A program made the translations under genes and the position numbers. A stretch of 64,000 nt of DNA, from positions 1 through 64,000 of the forward strand of contig JAQBUT010000004.1 of assembly GCA_027623195.1 (NCBI GenBank), given 5' to 3'. This document shows, piece by piece, positions 50,877 to 59,782 of this stretch (position 1 is its first letter; each line of letters opens with the position of its first letter). The stretch is from Chloroflexota bacterium (GTDB taxonomy: Bacteria; Chloroflexota; Dehalococcoidia; Lucifugimonadales; JADFKI01). Below the pieces are notes generated by a model. It did no database searches. It was not told the DNA's origin and saw only the letters and a list, made by a program, of their open reading frames with translations.

Positions 50877-52087
50877 ACGACGCCCATCTCCCTGAGCCGA
50901 ACGAGGTCTTCTTTTGAGAATCCCAGCAGGTCGCCGTAAACCTCCTGGTTATGCTGACCCAGCGTAGGCGCGGGGTTCAGTTCCCAGTCGATGCCTCGCG
51001 GCTGATAGGGGCCGACCGGGTACTCCAGTTCCCCTGCCACAGGGTGAAGGACCTTGGTGAAGTAGTCTCGCTCTCGCAGGTGCTCCCAGCCTAGAATGTC
51101 CTCGGGTGAGGCGACGTAGGCGAAGGCCAGTCCCATATCCTGGGCCTTCTCGAATATCTCGCGCTTGCGGTGCTCCAAGAGCCAGGGCAACATCAGGCCG
51201 TCTAGCTCGTCTGCGTTGGCGCCTCTACCAGCGCGGTCGTCGAACTTGGGATCGGCCAGAGCGCCAATCTCCATGAGCTCGGAAACCTGCGGCCACCGAT
51301 GGTCTGGGCCGGCAATCACTCCAACGTATCCATCTTTGCAAGGATAAGGCCCCCATGCTGCGCGTCCGTAACCGCGGTTGCCCGTCCTTCGAAAGTTGCT
51401 GCCGGTGTAGCTGTACTGGCTGAGGGCGTTTTCGAGAATGGTCGAAAGGTACTCCGATATGGCCACGTCCACCTGCTGGCCCTGCCCGGTGCTATCGCGG
51501 TGCCACAGCGCGCTCAGCGTGCCGACGAAGCCATTTTGACCTGCCCCATACTGAGCCAGTCGAACGCCCATGTGCAGCGGTTCCCTGTCCGGGTCGCCGG
51601 TGATGTACATGAGTCCGCCCAGGGCGTACAGATTGATCTCTCTAGCGGAGTAGTCACGATATGGCCCCGTCTGCCCAAAATTGGAGATGGACGTCATCAC
51701 CAGTTCTGGCTTGATGCCCTTTAGAGTCTCGTAGTCCAGGCCCAGGCTAGCCATAACCCTGGGCTGGTAATTTTCGACGACAACGTCGGCCCAACCCAGC
51801 ATCTCAAGGAAGATGTTTTTCCCAGTCGACTTTTTTAGATCGAGAGTTACGCTTTTCTTGCTGCAGTTGAGGGCAAGGAACAGCCCGCTCTTCTCAGGGT
51901 CTGGATTGTCGTCAGGGAAGGGCCCGAGGTGCCTGGAAGGGTCGCCAAAGCCTGGACGCTCGATCTTGATAACATCAGCGCCCTGCGTGGCCATGAGACG
52001 TGTAGCGTAAGGCCCAGCCACGTAGTGCGTTAGGTCCAACACCTTGAGTCCCGACAGCAGCCCCTGATTGGTCAGTGGTTCTTCTAT
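50873..52087 (-). CDS. Family III CoA transferase (CaiB/BaiF)
   Basis: LSGLKVLDLT, GADVIKIE, ADVVVEN, SNFGQTGPY, APTLGQHN. Homology extends upstream of 52042; probable ATA or CTG start after TAAGGA. Confidence 0.92.
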   Translation of the reverse strand: MEEPLTNQGLLSGLKVLDLTHYVAGPYATRLMATQGADVIKIERPGFGDPSRHLGPFPDDNPDPEKSGLFLALNCSKKSVTLDLKKSTGKNIFLEMLGWADVVVENYQPRVMASLGLDYETLKGIKPELVMTSISNFGQTGPYRDYSAREINLYALGGLMYITGDPDREPLHMGVRLAQYGAGQNGFVGTLSALWHRDSTGQGQQVDVAISEYLSTILENALSQYSYTGSNFRRTGNRGYGRAAWGPYPCKDGYVGVIAGPDHRWPQVSELMEIGALADPKFDDRAGRGANADELDGLMLPWLLEHRKREIFEKAQDMGLAFAYVASPEDILGWEHLRERDYFTKVLHPVAGELEYPVGPYQPRGIDWELNPAPTLGQHNQEVYGDLLGFSKEDLVRLREMGVV

Positions 52088-52126
52088 GGTAAGTCCTTAT
52101 TCCGGAGTTCGGCTGGCAACCGCCAA

Positions 52127-52498
52127 CTACTGAATGGGTATAACGGCCCGCTTGTGGTTGGCCACCGCGATGCGCTTGTCCGGCCCCTCGTAGACCTCAA
52201 TGTCGTAGGTCAACCTGTTCCGATCGACCCCGGAGAGCAGTACCTTGACTTGCACCTTCTCGCCCAGGGCGGTCGGCGCAACGTGTCGCAACCCATCGAC
52301 GGCATACCCGACGGTCGTGTGCTGCTCAGGCAGGTAAGGCTCGGACTGCAGGATGCATGTGTTCTCCATCAGGCCCAACAGCGCCGGGGTGGAGAGCACG
52401 TCGGCCCCTTCCTTACCCATCCGGTTGACACTGTGGTCTTTCGTGATCACAACCTCCTGCTCGAAGGTCTGCCCCATCTGGAATTTATCCATTGTCAT
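52127..52498 (-). CDS. Hotdog-fold thioesterase (FlK-like)
   Basis: VLSTPALLGLME, TTVG....L.H.APT..G. Confidence 0.88.
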   Translation of the reverse strand: MTMDKFQMGQTFEQEVVITKDHSVNRMGKEGADVLSTPALLGLMENTCILQSEPYLPEQHTTVGYAVDGLRHVAPTALGEKVQVKVLLSGVDRNRLTYDIEVYEGPDKRIAVANHKRAVIPIQ

Positions 52499-52664
52499 TT
52501 CACTGCTCCGTCAGGCTGCGACCCTGGCCAATCGCCAAAGTCCGGCCATTGTTCTTTGCTGCTTTCCCAAACGAGAGTAGCCATTTTCTATCGAGATGTC
52601 ACATCTAAGCCCAGGTTCCGTTTACCAAGTGACCTTCTCTTTAGTCAGCCCCCGCCTTAATTAT

Positions 52665-53438
52665 TCAAAAGACTTCGATGCGCTTGAAAGCTTCTGCATA
52701 TTGGACGCCGATGCGCCTGCCAACTTCCGTGTAACGCGTACGCGCCCGGACATCGCGCAGCTCCCAGCCTTGCTCGACCTGGCTGCGATGGCAACTGAGC
52801 GCCCTAAGCTTGGTCTCAAAGGAATCGGTTACGTCCAGGAAGGTGTCGGGCTCAGGCGATCCCCACAGATACACCTCGCGGACCTTATGCGGCTCCAGGC
52901 CCTCCCTGATGTGTTCCGGAAAGGCATGTACATCCCTGGCAAACGGAAATACGCAATTCAGCGTAACTCGACCAGCAGTGTAATGGTCTGGGTGGCGAAT
53001 GTATGGTCGATTCGGGTCCACTGTGACGACCGTTTCCGGACGATGAATGCGAATCTGCCGGGATATCTTCTCTCGCAATTCGTAGCAATCTTCCAGGGCC
53101 TGGTCTGGAAACCGCAAGAACACAACCTCAGACAGCCCTAACACTTCGGCCGAATTCTTCTGCTCTTCTTCTCGAGTGGCAGCCAGAACTTCCGGGGCCA
53201 TATCGAGATCGGAAGTGCCCTTGTTGCCGTTGGTACAAACAACCAGGACTACCTTTCGTCCCTGCGCGGCCCACCTGGCTACCGTACCGCCAGCGCCCGA
53301 CTCCATGTCGTCGGGATGAGGGCTAACCACGAGGACAGGCGTGGTGCTTCGAGAGGTATTCATTGGGTCCTCAGGAATGGGGTAAGGCGACCCGCTGGGT
53401 TCCTGACTCACATTTCTGCGCGAACTAGACTCTGTCAT
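52665..53438 (-). CDS. PIG-L/LmbE family deacetylase
   Basis: SPHPDD.E, HPDH, CHRSQ. Confidence 0.92.
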   Translation of the reverse strand: MTESSSRRNVSQEPSGSPYPIPEDPMNTSRSTTPVLVVSPHPDDMESGAGGTVARWAAQGRKVVLVVCTNGNKGTSDLDMAPEVLAATREEEQKNSAEVLGLSEVVFLRFPDQALEDCYELREKISRQIRIHRPETVVTVDPNRPYIRHPDHYTAGRVTLNCVFPFARDVHAFPEHIREGLEPHKVREVYLWGSPEPDTFLDVTDSFETKLRALSCHRSQVEQGWELRDVRARTRYTEVGRRIGVQYAEAFKRIEVF

Positions 53439-53474
53439 TTACACAACCCTAACCCAAAATTTTGAACTGTTCCC

Positions 53475-54242
53475 CTACTGGCCACGGAACACCGGCGTGC
53501 GCTTCTCCTGGAAAGCTTTGATTCCTTCCAGGGCGTCCTCTGTGCTCTGCAATCGGCGATTCACTATTCCCGCCAGACGGACCCTGTCTTCAAGCCTCAT
53601 GTTCTGGCCGCGCACCGCTACTTCCTTGATAGTGCGCATTGGCAATGGTGCGTTTTGCTTGAGTTTATGGATAAGTTTTTCTACCTCATCCATTAGGTCC
53701 TCGTGCGGCACTACATGGTTGACCATGCCAATCTGGTAGGCACGTTCTGCGGAGATCATGTCTCCCGTAAAGAGGTGCTCCAGTGCGAGATTGATTGGCA
53801 CCTTCTGGGCTAGCATGCACGGGCCGCTCACAGAGCCGATACCTCGCTTGGCCTGGGGCCATCCGAACTGGGCCTGGTCAGAAGCTATGCGAATATCCGA
53901 AGCCAGAGCAAGCCCGCCTCCCTGTGCCAGGCAGAAGCCGTTTACTGCGGCAATCAAAGGCTTGAATATCTCGGCCTGGTAAACGTACAGGTCCTCGGTG
54001 GAGATCTCCGGATCATAGAGAGCGTCGCTTCGACCCGACATCGATGCCAGGTCATGCCCTACCGAGAATGCCCGACCATTGCCGGTGATGACCGCCATCC
54101 AGATATCGGGATTGTCGTTTACCTCATGCAGGGCCTGCCAAAGCTCCCTGCGCATCTCAACGTCGATGGCATTCAGCTTTTCCGGCCTGTTCATGGTGAT
54201 GTAACCGACCTTCTCCCTGATCTCGAACTCCACTGTTGACAT
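53475..54242 (-). CDS. Enoyl-CoA hydratase/isomerase family
   Basis: NRPEKLNA, AFSVGHDL, KPLIAAVNG, AFQEKR.P.F.G. Confidence 0.92.
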   Translation of the reverse strand: MSTVEFEIREKVGYITMNRPEKLNAIDVEMRRELWQALHEVNDNPDIWMAVITGNGRAFSVGHDLASMSGRSDALYDPEISTEDLYVYQAEIFKPLIAAVNGFCLAQGGGLALASDIRIASDQAQFGWPQAKRGIGSVSGPCMLAQKVPINLALEHLFTGDMISAERAYQIGMVNHVVPHEDLMDEVEKLIHKLKQNAPLPMRTIKEVAVRGQNMRLEDRVRLAGIVNRRLQSTEDALEGIKAFQEKRTPVFRGQ

Positions 54243-54559
54243 CTGTTACTCCTGTATTTCTTGCATCACGGTAGTTATTTTGATTCAAAATGCTGTTCAA
54301 GGCGCGCAGCATGCCAGCGAAAATATAGCATAGGGCCGATGCCCTAACAAGCAAAGCGAGCCTCTTTCAGGCTCAAAGGGGCAACGTTCTTTGAACAGTG
54401 TCACCACTCGTGGACTGCGTCAAGTTACTCTGCATTGTTACCTGTCTATAATAGCTATGCAAACGGCTTAGACTTGACAATGCTGCAGTCCTGCTAGAAG
54501 ATTCACCGCATGAAGGTGTTAAAATAAGTTTAAAGGCTCTTGAAACGGGGGCAATAGAA

Positions 54560-54790
54560 GTGCCAAAAGTCCCATATAAAGGCAGAGACGTTGACGGGGA
54601 TGACGTTAGTTTCAGCGTTACCAACGAAGATTGGAATAGATACCAGTTACATGACGGCACTGAAATCCGCATACGTCTCATAGTCCAAGATGTAATCAAA
54701 ATACCGGGCGAAGTTGACGCCCAGGGCAATCCAGCATATGTGGTTCGGTCAAGCCAGATTATGGTTGTTAAGCCGCCTGAAACCAGGTAA
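54560..54790 (+). CDS. Small beta-rich hypothetical protein
   Basis: GGGGG RBS and GTG start; E.WN.Y.L.DGT..., G.P.Y.V pattern; first gene of a three-gene unit. Confidence 0.7.
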   Translation: MPKVPYKGRDVDGDDVSFSVTNEDWNRYQLHDGTEIRIRLIVQDVIKIPGEVDAQGNPAYVVRSSQIMVVKPPETR

Positions 54791-54816
54791 TAAGAGGACC
54801 TCAAGGTGAGAACAAA

Positions 54817-55194
54817 ATGGTGACTACCTCTTCCGCTCCTAGTGACTTAACTGTGTCCAGTGAATACCCCCCAACGCAGACGGAAATAGAAATAATTGAT
54901 AGCCAGTCGCAAAGTTGGATTAGCATGATAAGTGAAACTGTCTATGCTAATCCGGCGGTGGAGGCTCTTTTTGTGTCTAGGGGCGAAGAGGCCGTAAGGG
55001 ATTACTGGGTGGTAATTCCGGAACGGGACATTGCCTTGGTTCGGGAACTTATTAGCGAACAGCAGAACAAGGTTCTCCGATTGTTCGCGCACACTGACGC
55101 CCCTTTTCAGTTGGATTTTCATATTGTGTACAGAAATGAGCGGGATATTAATGAATTGATTCCTAGTGAGGCCATTTCTATACCAAAGCCGTAA
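54817..55194 (+). CDS. Hypothetical protein, possibly a degenerate minimal nucleotidyltransferase fold
   Basis: AAGGTG RBS; VEALFV..., DYWVVI..., LDFHIV strand pattern; immediately upstream of a HEPN-like gene. Confidence 0.55.
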   Translation: MVTTSSAPSDLTVSSEYPPTQTEIEIIDSQSQSWISMISETVYANPAVEALFVSRGEEAVRDYWVVIPERDIALVRELISEQQNKVLRLFAHTDAPFQLDFHIVYRNERDINELIPSEAISIPKP

Positions 55195-55203
55195 GCGAAG
55201 AGA

Positions 55204-55578
55204 ATGCCAACACGACAAGCTCACATCGACCAAGCAGAACATAATCATGCCTTTTGGTCTCAAATTGAACTTGATACGACCCAATTTCTCGATTGGGTCG
55301 TTGTCGGCATGTTTTATGAGGCTGCCCACTGGATAGAAGCCTATCTCGCACAAAATAACAGACACTCCAGTAATCACCATGAAAGAGGCATGAGCCTCGC
55401 ATCATTCCCTGATTTGGCCAATGCACCAAACTTGGGGACAGACTACGGCGTCCTGCGCACTGAGAGCGAAGCGGCGCGATATTGGGCCCAAAAGTACTCT
55501 CCTGAGCAGATACAGAATGATTTGATACCTCTGGTCGATAACATTCGAACGGTCATTCAACCACTACTCGGCATTTAG
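55204..55578 (+). CDS. HEPN-like domain protein
   Basis: H..QA.HN, DW.V...FY.A.H..EAYL, RHSSNH, Y..L...S..ARY. Confidence 0.75.
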   Translation: MPTRQAHIDQAEHNHAFWSQIELDTTQFLDWVVVGMFYEAAHWIEAYLAQNNRHSSNHHERGMSLASFPDLANAPNLGTDYGVLRTESEAARYWAQKYSPEQIQNDLIPLVDNIRTVIQPLLGI

Positions 55579-55804
55579 CTCCGCTTACCATCTATCCAAT
55601 ACGCCCCTTCTTCACCCTATAAATATGCAACACGCTCAAGTTAATGGCACCTCTGAACGGTCTAAGCCGACCAACCCGCCCGGGGCCAACGACGGCCCTG
55701 GGGACAGGATTGAGTTTGGCGAGAAATCGACATTTGTGGTACCCTTTGCCACAGAGTTTATGCCCGTATTGCCAGCTTAACGCTGCGACGGATAGGAGAG
55801 GCAA

Positions 55805-57442
55805 ATGGCAAAAGTTACCGGCAGTTACCTCATCGCAAGGACTTTGAAGGAAGAGGGTGTTGAAAAAATCTTCTACCTTATGGGCGGCCCTAACTTCGAC
55901 ATAATGATGGCAGCCCAGGACTTTGGCATAGAAACCATCGACTTCCGGCATGAGCAGGCAGCGGCCTTTGCCGCCCACGCATACGCTCGCGTCACCGGCA
56001 AGCCCGGCGTGGTTGCTGCGGCATCCGGTCCTGGCACGCTGAACCTTCTAACAGGCGTTTACACCGCATCAGTAGACTGCGCACCTATGTTGATCCTTGG
56101 AGGCGCAGGCCCCGTGCACGAAATCGGACGCGGCGCATTCCAAGAAATAGACCAAACGGGAATCATGAAGCCTCTTTGCAAGTACTGGCACCAGCCTACT
56201 AAAGCAGCCCGGTACCCCGAAATCGTTAGCACGGCCTACCGCCAATGCCTTTCCGGAACGCCCGGCCCGGTCTACATAGACTGCGGCGCAGACGTCCTCT
56301 ACGAAGAAATCGAAGAGTCAGATGCAGTCGCTCCTACCCACGCGGTCAGGAAGAGCGCACCCGCGGGCGACCCTGTTGCGATAAAAGAAGCCGTCGACAT
56401 GCTGGCAGATTCCAAGAAACCGATCATATTCGCAGGAGGCGGAGTCTTCTTCTCCGGCGGAGCGCCGGACCTGGAGAAGCTGGTCGACATGACCAGCACG
56501 CCGTTCTACACCGCCCCTATGTCACGCGGCCTGGTACCAGAGGATCATGTGGTCTCATTCCAGGCAGCCCGCAGCACGGCCATGCGCGAGACCGATCTGG
56601 TCCTGGTTATCGGCACTCGCATGAACTGGATGCTTCAGTATGGACGCCGGTTCCCCAACGCCAAGGTTGTACAGGTGGATATCAACGCCGCCGAGATCGC
56701 TCACAACCGTGACGTTGACCTGGGTATCGTTGGCGACGCCAAATTAATTCTGGGTCAGATGAACGCTGAGATCGAAGCCCGGCCGCAGGACTTCGCTGGC
56801 AGGCTGGAAGGCGAGTGGGTAACCCACCTACGCGATGAAAACGACCGCCGCGCAGAACGCAGCGCGGCCATACTTAACTCACCGGCCAAGCCCATTCATC
56901 CTCTGCGCCTCTGCAAGGAGATTGGCGACTTCCTGGACAGAGACGCCATTCTTTGCGTGGACGGCAACGAAATTCTGCACTTCGGACGGCAGTCGCTGGC
57001 AACATACGTGCCAGGCCATCGGCTTAACTCCGGCGTGACGGGGACCATGGGCGTGGGTCTGCCATACGGCATCGGAGCCAAGATTGCCAAGCCAGACAAT
57101 CAGGTGCTGGTACTTCACGGCGACGGCTCTATGGGCATGAACGCCATGGAGTTGGACACCTGTGTGAGGCACAGCATCAATGTGGTGACGGTCATCAGCA
57201 ACAACGCAGGCTGGACAGCCAGGACGCCCGACCACCGCAAGCCAGGCCGAGAGCTAGGCTTCACCAACTTCGATGGCATGGCCAGAGAGTTAGGCGGTTA
57301 CGGAGAGACGGTGGAGGACCCGGACGAGATTCGTCCTGCCCTTGAGCGAGCCTTCGCCAGCGGAAAGCCCGCCGTGATCAACGTCATCGTCGAGACTACT
57401 GCAGCCGGCGTATCCCGGTCATGGGGCGGCTCGAATATGTAG
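55805..57442 (+). CDS. Thiamine-pyrophosphate enzyme (2-hydroxyacyl-CoA lyase/oxalyl-CoA decarboxylase/AHAS-like)
   Basis: RHEQAA, SGPG, GTMGVG, GDGS...NN TPP motif. Confidence 0.9.
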   Translation: MAKVTGSYLIARTLKEEGVEKIFYLMGGPNFDIMMAAQDFGIETIDFRHEQAAAFAAHAYARVTGKPGVVAAASGPGTLNLLTGVYTASVDCAPMLILGGAGPVHEIGRGAFQEIDQTGIMKPLCKYWHQPTKAARYPEIVSTAYRQCLSGTPGPVYIDCGADVLYEEIEESDAVAPTHAVRKSAPAGDPVAIKEAVDMLADSKKPIIFAGGGVFFSGGAPDLEKLVDMTSTPFYTAPMSRGLVPEDHVVSFQAARSTAMRETDLVLVIGTRMNWMLQYGRRFPNAKVVQVDINAAEIAHNRDVDLGIVGDAKLILGQMNAEIEARPQDFAGRLEGEWVTHLRDENDRRAERSAAILNSPAKPIHPLRLCKEIGDFLDRDAILCVDGNEILHFGRQSLATYVPGHRLNSGVTGTMGVGLPYGIGAKIAKPDNQVLVLHGDGSMGMNAMELDTCVRHSINVVTVISNNAGWTARTPDHRKPGRELGFTNFDGMARELGGYGETVEDPDEIRPALERAFASGKPAVINVIVETTAAGVSRSWGGSNM

Positions 57443-57483
57443 GTGGGGCGTTGGTTCTTTGTTGCTAGTCTTTGGTATTTAGT

Positions 57484-57527
57484 AAACAGGGACGGACCAC
57501 CGTGGTGGTCCGTCCCTGTTTGGTTTT
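57484..57527 (+). terminator. Strong intrinsic terminator
   Basis: aaacagggacggaccac-cgtg-gtggtccgtccctgttt, then a T-rich run. Confidence 0.85.
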
Positions 57528-57581
57528 TCTGAAATACACAGTGGAAACTCTGGTATTGCCCACCCCTGCTAAAATGAATCC

Positions 57582-58727
57582 ATGACCCCATCCAAACAAT
57601 CCGAAAGGCACGACTTTACGGCGCACCTAACTCGTTTTTCCCGGGTGCTGCGTGGGCATGGGTTTCTGATTGGCCCGCTGGAAACGGCGGACGTCATCAA
57701 AGCGATGAGCGCCGTGGATATGATGGACCGAGGTCGTGTTTACTGGGCACTGCGTAGCCTACTTGTCTCACGACAGGACGAGTTCCTCACATACGACATG
57801 CTCTTCGAAAAATTTTGGAACTTCGAGCCCATGCCGACTCGAGGTCCCTCCAGCGAAGGCTCCAAGAAGCTTGAAGAGTCGATGACCCTTCAGCGCAGAC
57901 CAAGATCGCTGTTCGGGGTGAGCAACGACCAGCAGTCCGAAGATATAGCCATCCAGGAAATGCGGGTCGGAGCCAGCGACGTGGAGCTAAACGCCAAGAA
58001 AGACTTTACCGTGATCCGCGCAGATGAGTTCTCGGAGCTTTCCCGCATCGCCGCGCGAATGGTGAAGGCCCTGGCCTCCCGCCCCGGACGCCGACGCAAG
58101 CGTCACAAGCGCAAAGGCACCCCCGACCTGCGTGGCGCAATGCGACTGAACCTCTCCTCCGGTGGCGACCCTATCATCGTGCCCCGACGCAAGCGCGTAC
58201 CCAGAGTCCCACGCCTGCTGGTGCTGCTGGACGTTAGCGGGTCCATGGAGCGGCACGTCCAGCTACTTCTGCAGTTGGCCTACGCAGTTTCCCAGCAGAC
58301 CAGGCGTGTGGAGGCCTTCGTATTCAGCACAAAGGTTACGCGGGTAACACGAGAGCTTGCCATGCCATCATTTACCGATGCCCTGAAGCGCATTGGCGAT
58401 GAGGCATCCCACTGGTCTGGCGGCACGCGCATTGGCGAGGCTCTGTCCACCGTGAACACAGACTTCGACTATCTGCTGGACAAGCACACAACCGTGTTCC
58501 TACTCAGCGACGGTTGGGACACCGGGGACCCCGACCAACTAGCATCCCAAATTCGGCGCATGCAGCGGCGCGTACGAAGCTTCGTGTGGCTAAACCCGCT
58601 AATGGGAACCCAGGACTACCAGCCTCTGACCCGAAGCCTGCAATCGGCCGAGCCATACGTGGACCACTTCGCCTCGGCCATGGACGTAGCGCATCTGCGG
58701 CGGCTACCCCAGTTACTACGCTCTTGA
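57582..58727 (+). CDS. CoxE-like VWA domain protein
   Basis: DVSGSM MIDAS, WSGGTRIG, SDGWD, WLNP. Confidence 0.9.
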   Translation: MTPSKQSERHDFTAHLTRFSRVLRGHGFLIGPLETADVIKAMSAVDMMDRGRVYWALRSLLVSRQDEFLTYDMLFEKFWNFEPMPTRGPSSEGSKKLEESMTLQRRPRSLFGVSNDQQSEDIAIQEMRVGASDVELNAKKDFTVIRADEFSELSRIAARMVKALASRPGRRRKRHKRKGTPDLRGAMRLNLSSGGDPIIVPRRKRVPRVPRLLVLLDVSGSMERHVQLLLQLAYAVSQQTRRVEAFVFSTKVTRVTRELAMPSFTDALKRIGDEASHWSGGTRIGEALSTVNTDFDYLLDKHTTVFLLSDGWDTGDPDQLASQIRRMQRRVRSFVWLNPLMGTQDYQPLTRSLQSAEPYVDHFASAMDVAHLRRLPQLLRS

Positions 58728-58984
58728 AAAGGTTATGTATCCCATAGCCATCACCTGAATCCCACACCTTTCTTGAACACTTTCCACACTAACGACCGAG
58801 GGCCACCCCCGTACACTATTACCTGTGGCGAGTTCCCCAAGACCTCAATGGGGCATCACTCTATCCCTTCAATCGTGAACTAGACGGCAAAGCTCTGGTA
58901 GCTCTTCGCAAACTGAGCGCTACCTAGAGCAAAACTGCGTCAATGCGGGCTGTAGCTGACAAGCTTTAGGAAAAGGATTAGCAG

Positions 58985-59647
58985 ATGATGAACGCCGTCA
59001 ACATAAGGCCTTTGCGATTGCCCAGGGTGGTGTGGCCCCCAGAGGCAATAAACGCAGACCTTCACGTTGACGATTTCGTCCTTAGCCCCCAGGGACTAAA
59101 GACCTCATCGATGAGCCTTGGCATGATCCTTCCCTTGGCTGCGGCGCTTGCCTTTTCTGTGCTGATCGTATTCCTCATGGTCGAGTTCCGCCACGTCATC
59201 GCGGACCTTGGACGTTGGGGTTACCTGGGCGTATTTTTCATCGAGCTAGCCAACAGCGCGACTATCTTGTTCCCGACGGCTGGACAGTCGTATACCTTTG
59301 CGCTGGGAGTAACCCTCAACCCTCTTATGATCGGTCTGATCGGCGGCATAGGTTCCGCTATTGGCGAGTTGACCGGCTACGCAGTGGGCGCAAAGACGGG
59401 CCAGCGATTCAAGGGCGGGCGCATCTTTAACAAGCTCCAGAGATTCACAATGCGTTGGGGAGGCTTTTCGCTATTCTTGTTCGCTACGATACCCGGACCT
59501 TTTGAAGTGGCAGGTCTGTGGGCCGGCACTGTCCGGTATCCATTAGCACGCTTCTTCGTGTTCGTCGCTATCGGCAAGATACTAAAGGTTACCGCCTTCG
59601 CTCTGGCAGGTTACTACAGCCTCACCTGGCTGCTAGGCGGAAGCTAA
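58985..59647 (+). CDS. DedA/VTT (SNARE-associated) membrane protein
   Basis: GYLGVF, G...GELTGY..G, F....GK..K. Confidence 0.85.
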   Translation: MMNAVNIRPLRLPRVVWPPEAINADLHVDDFVLSPQGLKTSSMSLGMILPLAAALAFSVLIVFLMVEFRHVIADLGRWGYLGVFFIELANSATILFPTAGQSYTFALGVTLNPLMIGLIGGIGSAIGELTGYAVGAKTGQRFKGGRIFNKLQRFTMRWGGFSLFLFATIPGPFEVAGLWAGTVRYPLARFFVFVAIGKILKVTAFALAGYYSLTWLLGGS

Positions 59648-59782
59648 GTTTTCTGCCCAACTATGTCCTGCGCCCTCCGAACCACTTCAGGACACATAGC
59701 CCCAACTGAATTCCTGGATAGTATCTCGGAAACCGGCATGTGTTAGCATAACGCCTCATAATCCCTTCTCTCGAAGGAAACC

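Noticed and set aside
57582..58727. CO dehydrogenase (cox) cluster
   Set aside because: Only a lone CoxE-like VWA gene; no coxLMS or MoxR ATPase in the window.
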